Below are positions 57,776 through 64,000 of a stretch of DNA of 64,000 nt, piece after piece. The translations under genes and the position numbers were made by a program. The stretch is taken from positions 124,001 to 188,000 of IMG/VR virus record IMGVR_UViG_3300036770_006893. The stretch is one strand, 5' to 3'. Position 1 is the stretch's first letter, and each line of letters starts with the position of its first letter. Under the pieces are notes generated by a model, which saw nothing but the letters and a program-made list of their open reading frames with translations, did no database searches and was not told the origin of the DNA.

Positions 57776-57853
57776 TTAATATTTGTTTGTTAGGCCTTTG
57801 TGAATTCCTAAGAGGATGCAGCTAACAAAAACTATAGCAAAAACTACATTCAT
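57776..57853 (-). CDS. 25-aa hydrophobic peptide
   Basis: MNVVFAIVFVSCILLGIHKGLTNKY; ATG 6 nt after a TATAAT box. Confidence 0.55.
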   Translation of the reverse strand: MNVVFAIVFVSCILLGIHKGLTNKY

Positions 57854-57859
57854 ATGTGT

Positions 57860-57887
57860 ATTATAGCGCATGGAGCAGGATAGGCAA
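57860..57887 (-). promoter_or_regulatory. Sigma70-like promoter TTGCCT-N16-TATAAT (leaderless)
   Basis: -35 at 57887-57882; -10 at 57865-57860. Confidence 0.6.
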
Positions 57888-57970
57888 GCGGTTTTATAAG
57901 CCTAAGGCACACTGTTAATAATTAATCTAGTGTCACGTACTATGACAATATTTTGGTTTATTGTCTGTAA

Positions 57971-58744
57971 TTATATTTTAAGCCTATGTTCTTGAAACTG
58001 CTCTTGGAAATCGTCCATTGACTCGTGTACTTTGTGTATCGGTGGTTCGCCACCAGATTCTAATAACCAGTGTTTAAGCCAAAAGTTTTTGTTTCTTAAT
58101 AGGCGGTTTTCAAGAGATAAGTATCCGGTATGAACAACAAAAGGTAGATTGTTTCCCCTGAGGCTTTGTATGTCGCTTGGAAAAGCTTTGCATAAAACCA
58201 AATTACCATTAGAGTCTATTAATTCACATGTATCGCTTTTTGTAGTGTCTATAAATCCGTTGTTTTTTATTGCAAAATTAACAGGACCCCTAAATAAACC
58301 AGACTTATGCATATACCATTTTGGTGTTATGGATGAATAATATTCATATGTTTTATATAGATTGATAGATGGTATCATATATGATTGACTATTGTCGTAA
58401 ATTAAATTGGAGGCAGCGGCATACCATATTGGCTTTTGCCATATTGGTATGTATTCATCCATATCTAGGCCTATTTTTATTTGATGTGTGCTAGAAGTAG
58501 ATTGAAGAGCTAGATTTTTAATCTTACCATCTAGTAGATAATCAGAGTAGGGTATGTCTGATGATATAATTTTTAAATTATTATATAATCTTTGCTCACT
58601 AGTAAGCACAGATAGAGTTTCATCCTCACTAGTATTTACACATATAACCACTTCATCAGCCATAGCGCAAAAGTTTTTAACTGAGTATTTATAGTTAAAA
58701 TTATTTTTTATTAGATTGAATGCTGATGAGTATATAGAAATCAT
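57971..58744 (-). CDS. GT-A (GT2-like) glycosyltransferase
   Basis: ADEVVICVNTSEDET, KNLALQ, LDMDE (DxD). Confidence 0.75.
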   Translation of the reverse strand: MISIYSSAFNLIKNNFNYKYSVKNFCAMADEVVICVNTSEDETLSVLTSEQRLYNNLKIISSDIPYSDYLLDGKIKNLALQSTSSTHQIKIGLDMDEYIPIWQKPIWYAAASNLIYDNSQSYMIPSINLYKTYEYYSSITPKWYMHKSGLFRGPVNFAIKNNGFIDTTKSDTCELIDSNGNLVLCKAFPSDIQSLRGNNLPFVVHTGYLSLENRLLRNKNFWLKHWLLESGGEPPIHKVHESMDDFQEQFQEHRLKI

Positions 58745-59598
58745 TTGATTATTATTTTATCACTTGTTGATATATTATAAGCTTTATTAATTTGTTCGAT
58801 TTGATTTAATTGATTTTTGGCTATACTTTTACACGCGTCAATATTGATTTTGGATAGATCAATATCTGTTTTTGGAGTACATGATGGGAGTATGTATATG
58901 TCTCCGTATCTTGATACTGAGTAACAGAAATTTACATGTTCTATGTGTCCACATGTTGACCAATAACAATCTGGTCTTTTTAATATATCTGTTTTGATTA
59001 GTGCAAATCCGCTAAATCCAGACATGATTTTTATAGCACTATTTTGTTTCCACAATTGCCTATCAGAATCTAATAAAAATGGACAATCGGTAAAATACAA
59101 TCCGTTATTGCCAAAATAATCTCTGAACGCCGAAACATCGTAAAAACTATTTTGTGTTTCATTGGTCATGAGATCTTCTATTTGATTCTGTCTTGTATTA
59201 GCAACTACCATTGCGCAGTTTTTCACATTTGTTATGAATTCATATAGTATTATAAAATTTTGATTAGTAAATATAATATCAGTATCTATTAAAAGAGTAT
59301 ATTCAGAATCGATGTTTTTTATTAATGTTTTTGCCTTATTTCTATAATAGGCCATAAGCACAAGTCTTTCCACAAGGCTTACAGAACCAAATTGGGGAGT
59401 ATTTAATTTTTCTGATATTATTGATCCTGATTTATTTTTGATCCAAGAATTAATAATTTCTAATGTTTTATCTTCAGAGTCATTCTCATAAAAGTAAAAA
59501 CTAAAATCTCCCAGTGTGGACAAGTCATCTAATGAACGCAAAGTTCGATAGATGTGTTTTTCAGAATTTCTCCACAATCCTATTACAGAAATATTCAT
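58741..59598 (-). CDS. GT-A glycosyltransferase (CAP59/GT69-like)
   Basis: FYENDSEDKT, MAYYRNK, IDTDI, SGFSGFALIK, EHVNFC. Confidence 0.7.
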   Translation of the reverse strand: MNISVIGLWRNSEKHIYRTLRSLDDLSTLGDFSFYFYENDSEDKTLEIINSWIKNKSGSIISEKLNTPQFGSVSLVERLVLMAYYRNKAKTLIKNIDSEYTLLIDTDIIFTNQNFIILYEFITNVKNCAMVVANTRQNQIEDLMTNETQNSFYDVSAFRDYFGNNGLYFTDCPFLLDSDRQLWKQNSAIKIMSGFSGFALIKTDILKRPDCYWSTCGHIEHVNFCYSVSRYGDIYILPSCTPKTDIDLSKINIDACKSIAKNQLNQIEQINKAYNISTSDKIIIK

Positions 59599-59608
59599 TG
59601 AATATAAT

Positions 59609-60217
59609 TTATTTTCCTAGAATATGAACAGTTACATTGAACTTAGACCAAATATCATCAATTAAATCTGATATGAAATACCAGTTTCCTCCAGCTAATC
59701 CGCTACCAAACCTAGGACAATGTATGTCGAAGATATCTGTAGATGATTCATTATTTTTCAGTTGGCTGTTAATGAAAGAGGCAACTGCGCTCATGGATTT
59801 GGTAAGGGCCAAATAGTTCAATGGTCTAGTATTTGATGGCGATATCACCCCATTCTGGGCAATCATATTAGCAACATATAGAGAATTTTTTGTTTTGTTA
59901 TTTTCGATAACCTTTATAATTTGACAATATCCCAAATTAGACCTAAGAAATGATTTACCAAGCATGTGGTAGTTCATTTTGACTATAGGAAATTTATCAG
60001 CTATAAAAGCAGCGAATCCTGCGCCAAAAGAATCAATGTTGTTGCATACGTGTGGGATTATGACACTCGAACCATTATTAGGTGTATTAATTTTTTCAAT
60101 ACAGCAATTAAATATGTCGTGCTTACTAATAACGTATGAATGTCTTTTATTGTTTTTATTGGTTTTTATTGACATTTTAATTACCTTATAATTTTTGTCC
60201 ATTTTAATTTTGGACAC
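59609..60217 (-). CDS. Macrodomain protein (ADP-ribose processing)
   Basis: IIPHVCNN..SFGAGFA, VANMIAQ, IHCPRFGSGLAGGNW. Confidence 0.85.
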   Translation of the reverse strand: MSKIKMDKNYKVIKMSIKTNKNNKRHSYVISKHDIFNCCIEKINTPNNGSSVIIPHVCNNIDSFGAGFAAFIADKFPIVKMNYHMLGKSFLRSNLGYCQIIKVIENNKTKNSLYVANMIAQNGVISPSNTRPLNYLALTKSMSAVASFINSQLKNNESSTDIFDIHCPRFGSGLAGGNWYFISDLIDDIWSKFNVTVHILGK

Positions 60218-60432
60218 TCTTGATCAGCCCAAGCTAATTTATTTAAAAACTTGCTACTATTACTAATATTACATCCACATATTTTACATTGTGAATTTTT
60301 GCTATCAAATTCTTCGCAGCTAAGACATATTTGGTATCTATATAGAATTTCAGACTTGGTTGACTTTGGTAGACCTCTACTAATATGAAAGAGAAGGGAT
60401 TTTAAAAAGGTTTTTATTCTAAGAAATATCAT
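60181..60432 (-). CDS. Small zinc-binding protein
   Basis: R..ICLSC...CKICGC...K......CP..KW. Confidence 0.7.
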   Translation of the reverse strand: MIFLRIKTFLKSLLFHISRGLPKSTKSEILYRYQICLSCEEFDSKNSQCKICGCNISNSSKFLNKLAWADQECPKLKWTKIIR

Positions 60433-60652
60433 TTTTTTCTCTTCTTTTAAGAGCTACTATATTTTTATCATTGTCTGTTGTCAGTAATTCTATTTGATTC
60501 ACCATACTATTCGGCGGTAGCCATTTAGTAAAGCCATCGAATAATCCGAGACACATAATATCTCCGTTACTTTTAAAGTCCTTCGACATAATGTAATACC
60601 TATTTCCATATTCAAAGCAATCACCTCCTGTTAGTTCTTCTAAGTATTTCAT
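60419..60652 (-). CDS. Hypothetical protein
   Basis: Start corrected to ATG 60652 (MKYLEELTGGDCFEY). Confidence 0.65.
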   Translation of the reverse strand: MKYLEELTGGDCFEYGNRYYIMSKDFKSNGDIMCLGLFDGFTKWLPPNSMVNQIELLTTDNDKNIVALKRREKNDIS

Positions 60653-60653
60653 T

Positions 60654-60851
60654 CTAGTGATTGTAGTACCTGTCCCAGTCTTCCCATTCTTCTTCTTCAA
60701 AATCCTGTTTTATTTTTTTATATTCAGACTGTTTCCTTAACTTAGCTTCTAATGGATCTTCATCCGCGCTTGTATACTTTTTCTTTTTGTTTTTAATCTT
60801 ACTTCTTCTTATTTCTTTTCTAATTGAAAAGTCATCAGATTCATTTTTCAT
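60654..60851 (-). CDS. Small charged hypothetical protein
   Basis: Start corrected to ATG 60851 (SD GGAG). Confidence 0.65.
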   Translation of the reverse strand: MKNESDDFSIRKEIRRSKIKNKKKKYTSADEDPLEAKLRKQSEYKKIKQDFEEEEWEDWDRYYNH

Positions 60852-60873
60852 GTTTTTCTCCAAAATCAAACCT

Positions 60874-60901
60874 ATTCTATAGGGTCATAGAAAAAAGTCA
60901 A
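60874..60901 (-). promoter_or_regulatory. Sigma70-like promoter TTGACT-N16-TAGAAT (leftward arm of divergent region)
   Basis: -35 at 60901-60896; -10 at 60879-60874. Confidence 0.6.
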
Positions 60902-60968
60902 GGCGCAAGCAGTAAATTTTATTGAGTTGACGAACACAAAAATCCCTTTATATATTATGCAGGCCCGG

Positions 60969-60984
60969 GCGCTATAATACTCTT
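60969..60984 (+). promoter_or_regulatory. -10 box GCGC-TATAAT-N6-ATG (rightward, leaderless)
   Basis: TATAAT at 60973-60978, ATG at 60985, no SD; same GCGCTATAATAC context as the 57860 promoter. Confidence 0.5.
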
Positions 60985-62631
60985 ATGAATACAAATATAA
61001 CTCTGGTGACAGGAATATGGGACCTTGGTAGATCTAATCTATCAGATGGTTGGTCTAGGGCTTTTGAGCACTATATAAATAATTTCAGGCTACTGCTAAA
61101 TAATACTAAAGATATAAATTTGGTAGTATTTATAGACAAGTCGTTGGAAGAATTAGTGTGGTCTATAAGAGAAAAGACTAATACCAGAGTATACCACCAT
61201 TCAGTAGAAGAGTTTGATAGTAATTTTTTCCCATTTCGTGAAGAAGTAGAAAAAATAAGAAAAAACGAAGAATGGTTGAACCAAGCGGGTTGGCTTAGAG
61301 AAAGCACTCAAGCTAGGCTAGAAATGTACAATCCTTTAGTTATGAGCAAGATGTTCCTGCTGCATAATGCTAAAATATATAATGATTTTAATAGTGATTA
61401 TCTTTTTTGGATAGATGGCGGGATAACAAATACTGTGCATCCAGGTTATTTTAGTAGCGATAAGGTTCTTCAGAAAATATCTGAAAAATTAGATAATTTT
61501 TTGTTTATATGCTTTCCATATAATACAGAATCCGAAATACATGGGTTCAAAATAGAAGGAATGAGAAAATTTAGTCAGTGTGATTCTGTTAAAAGAGTTG
61601 CTAGGGGAGGTTTTTTTGGTGGAAAATCTGAGCTTATATCACCAGCTAATGATATGTATTATGCTTTGCTTAAGGATACTTTGTCTCAAGGATATATGGG
61701 AACCGAAGAAAGCATATTTACTATCATGTCTTATTTAGACAGCAAAAGTTTTAGAGTAGAGATGATAAATGAGGACGGCCTTATATCTACCTTCTTCGAA
61801 AATGTAAAAAACAATAAATTTATATCACTAAATAAATCACAAAAAATACACAAAAACAAAAACATAGAGCTGTATATAAATACATTTAACTCTCCAAAAC
61901 AACTTAAAATGGTGATAGAAAGCTTTGAACGGCACGATACAAATTTCCTAAATAAAACAAAAAAGTTTCTAATTAATAATTCAACAAATGAAAAATTTGA
62001 TACAGAATATGACGAGATATGTAATCAATATAACTTTAATCAAATCAAAAAAGGTAATATAGGTATATGCGGTTCCAGACAATTGGCCGCAGAAATGTTC
62101 TATAAAAATAAAAGCCAGTATATGTTATTTTTTGAGGATGATATGTTAATAGATTTTTCTGGTGTTTGTAGATTCGGTTTTCCCAAAAAAACAAAAGATC
62201 TCTTTAATAATTTAGTTTCAATAATGGATCAAGAAAATTACGATTTTATTAAGCTCAGCTTTTCAGAATTCTACGGACATAATGGAATGCAATGGAGTTG
62301 GCATAATGTTCCACATAATAAAAAAATAGAATATTTTGGCGAAATCAAAAACAAACCATTCACATTATTTAAAAACATAAAATCAAAGAATGGTGTTCCG
62401 TATGCCGACGGAGAGGTTTACTACTCCAACTGGCCACATATTATAAACCAAGAAGGCAATAAGAAAATGTTTATAGACACCAAATGGGCCAACCCTTTTG
62501 AACAAACTTGGATGAGCCATATTTACTCATTGACAAAAGAACAAAAAGTATTTCCAGCAATATTGCTATCTAGTCCAATAACACATAATAGGGTAGATTT
62601 TTATGAGTCTTCAGAAAGAAAAGAAAACTAA
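60985..62631 (+). CDS. WlaTC/HtrL-family glycosyltransferase fused to a second GT-A-like domain
   Basis: ITLVTGIWDLGR, MSKMFLL, FWIDGG, GGFFGG, GTEE; second domain LFFEDDM. Confidence 0.78.
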   Translation: MNTNITLVTGIWDLGRSNLSDGWSRAFEHYINNFRLLLNNTKDINLVVFIDKSLEELVWSIREKTNTRVYHHSVEEFDSNFFPFREEVEKIRKNEEWLNQAGWLRESTQARLEMYNPLVMSKMFLLHNAKIYNDFNSDYLFWIDGGITNTVHPGYFSSDKVLQKISEKLDNFLFICFPYNTESEIHGFKIEGMRKFSQCDSVKRVARGGFFGGKSELISPANDMYYALLKDTLSQGYMGTEESIFTIMSYLDSKSFRVEMINEDGLISTFFENVKNNKFISLNKSQKIHKNKNIELYINTFNSPKQLKMVIESFERHDTNFLNKTKKFLINNSTNEKFDTEYDEICNQYNFNQIKKGNIGICGSRQLAAEMFYKNKSQYMLFFEDDMLIDFSGVCRFGFPKKTKDLFNNLVSIMDQENYDFIKLSFSEFYGHNGMQWSWHNVPHNKKIEYFGEIKNKPFTLFKNIKSKNGVPYADGEVYYSNWPHIINQEGNKKMFIDTKWANPFEQTWMSHIYSLTKEQKVFPAILLSSPITHNRVDFYESSERKEN

Positions 62632-63889
62632 AAACCAAAACAGCATATTTGTGCAGATAGCTGCTTATAGGGATCCACAATTGATGCCGACCCTAGACGA
62701 TATGCTAGATAAGGCCATGAGACCTGATGATCTAAGCATAGGAATAGCTTGGCAACACTGCGATAATGATAAATGGGACAATTTAGACAAATACATCAAT
62801 GATAATAGATTCAAAATTATAGATATAAACTATAAGGAATCTAAAGGAGTTTGTTGGGCAAGAAACATGGTTCAGCAGTTATATAACAATGAAAAATATA
62901 CTCTTCAATTAGATAGTCATCATAGATTTGAAAAAGATTGGGATAAAACTCTAATAGATATGGTTAAAAATTTACAAAAAAAGGGATATAAAAAACCATT
63001 ATTAACATCTTATATACCTAGTTTCGATCCGGATAATGATCCAGCAGCAAGAGTTTTGCAACCATGGAAAATGAATTTCGACAGATTCATACCTGAAGGC
63101 GCTGTATTTTTTATACCATCTAATTTTGATCCATGGGACAATGTTGATGAACCACTTCCGGCAAGATTTTATAGTGCTCACTTTGCTTTTACTGTCGGAC
63201 AATTTTCTAAAGAAGTTCAGCATGATCCTGAGTATTATTTTCACGGAGAAGAAATCAGTATAGCAGCACGAGCTTATACGCATGGGTATGACTTATTTCA
63301 TCCAAACAAGGTTGTTTGTTGGCATGAATACACAAGAAAAGGCAGAACAAAACAATGGGATGATGATCCGAAGTGGGTAGAGAAAAATAATTTGTGTCAT
63401 CTAAAAAACAGAAAACTTTTTGGTATGGACGGCGAAAAACAAGATATTGATTTTGGCAAATATGGATTTGGTAGCCGTAGGACTCTTAGAGAGTACGAAA
63501 AATATTCAGGTTTGAGCTTCAAGGACAGATCCATCCACAAGTCTGTACAACAAAAAATAGACCCAATATCTGCAAATACCTTGTCCTTAACCGACGAAGA
63601 ATTTGATGCTAGTCTCATGAGTATTTTCAGACACTGTATAGATATTTCTTATGATCAGGTTCCAGAAAGCGATTATGATTTTTGGGCAGTTGCATTTAAA
63701 AATGCTAAAGGCGAAGATATGTATAGGCAGGATGCTGATAGAAATGAAATTATTTCTATGAAAGCAGACCCAGATGGATATTGCAAAGTTTGGCGAGAGT
63801 TTCAAACAAAACAAAAACCCTATAGTTGGATTGTTTGGCCCCATAGCGAAAGTAAGGGATGGGCCAGTCCAATAACAGGAGTACTATAA
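62603..63889 (+). CDS. Polypeptide/hydroxyproline alpha-GlcNAc transferase-like (GT60, Skp1-Gnt1-type)
   Basis: SIFVQIAAYRDP, SKGVCWARN, LQLDSHHRF (DxH), FHGEEI, AYTHGYDLFHP. Confidence 0.85.
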   Translation: MSLQKEKKTKNQNSIFVQIAAYRDPQLMPTLDDMLDKAMRPDDLSIGIAWQHCDNDKWDNLDKYINDNRFKIIDINYKESKGVCWARNMVQQLYNNEKYTLQLDSHHRFEKDWDKTLIDMVKNLQKKGYKKPLLTSYIPSFDPDNDPAARVLQPWKMNFDRFIPEGAVFFIPSNFDPWDNVDEPLPARFYSAHFAFTVGQFSKEVQHDPEYYFHGEEISIAARAYTHGYDLFHPNKVVCWHEYTRKGRTKQWDDDPKWVEKNNLCHLKNRKLFGMDGEKQDIDFGKYGFGSRRTLREYEKYSGLSFKDRSIHKSVQQKIDPISANTLSLTDEEFDASLMSIFRHCIDISYDQVPESDYDFWAVAFKNAKGEDMYRQDADRNEIISMKADPDGYCKVWREFQTKQKPYSWIVWPHSESKGWASPITGVL

Positions 63890-63926
63890 TTCAAATCAAA
63901 TTCAACATTTTTATAACGAGGAATTC

Positions 63927-64000
63927 ATGTGGCTTGAGTGCTTAAAAGTATACGATGTAAATTTTTCAAAAGTCCGAGTAGGCAATGCTAGTGATGGCGG
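63927..64000 (+). CDS. Partial ORF, possibly FkbM-like methyltransferase
   Basis: SD GAGGA; MWLECLKVYDVNFSKVRVGNASDGG resembles the KxRxGxxxDGGY motif. Confidence 0.45.
   Translation, partial: MWLECLKVYDVNFSKVRVGNASDG

Noticed and set aside
57944-57965. GACAATA...TATTGTC inverted repeat as a terminator
   Set aside because: AT-rich 7-bp stem with no U-tract; too weak to call
1-64000. tRNA, rRNA, tmRNA or large ncRNA
   Set aside because: All intergenic gaps are under about 125 bp, AT-rich, and show no cloverleaf or conserved RNA motifs
1-64000. Eukaryotic giant virus or cellular chromosome origin
   Set aside because: DnaE/DnaB/DnaG/RecA/sigma70 with SD sites argue against a nucleocytoplasmic DNA virus. 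Phage-type dNMP kinase, tail-fibre modules, many orphans and no housekeeping operons argue against a cell.

Overview
AT-rich (roughly one-third GC by eye), densely packed segment of a large tailed bacteriophage (jumbo/huge-phage type). It encodes bacterial-type DnaE, DnaB, DnaG, RecA, SSB and a sigma factor, and genes have Shine-Dalgarno sites and overlapping stop/start codons. Nearly all genes are on the minus strand until a divergent promoter region at about 60.9 kb. Order: degenerate glycosyltransferase-like operon (0.4-7 kb); replication/recombination module with an intein-less DnaE split into two genes around a DEDDh exonuclease (7-18.4 kb); nucleotide metabolism (PhoH, dUTPase, class Id-like RNR, dCMP deaminase; 20-25 kb); glycan genes; a membrane-protein/papain-peptidase cluster that may be a lysis module (28.5-32 kb); large putative virion-surface proteins with mucin-like Pro/Thr tracts, circularly permuted FGE/C-type-lectin domains, lectin-like domains, BspA repeats and a metalloprotease (32-49 kb); DeoC-like, ClpP, sigma factor, PAP2 and a decayed GIY-YIG homing endonuclease (49-54 kb); GuaC, NDT-like, macrodomain and more glycosyltransferases including a GT60-type polypeptide GlcNAc-transferase (54-64 kb). 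Best candidate systems: (1) phage-encoded mucin-type O-glycosylation of its own virion proteins, (2) the split DnaE replisome, (3) the permuted lectin-fold adhesins, (4) two promoter classes (N16-spaced, often leaderless sigma70-like promoters and a GGYGTA motif). No tRNA, rRNA, CRISPR array or reverse transcriptase was seen. All family assignments are from motif recognition, not database searches.
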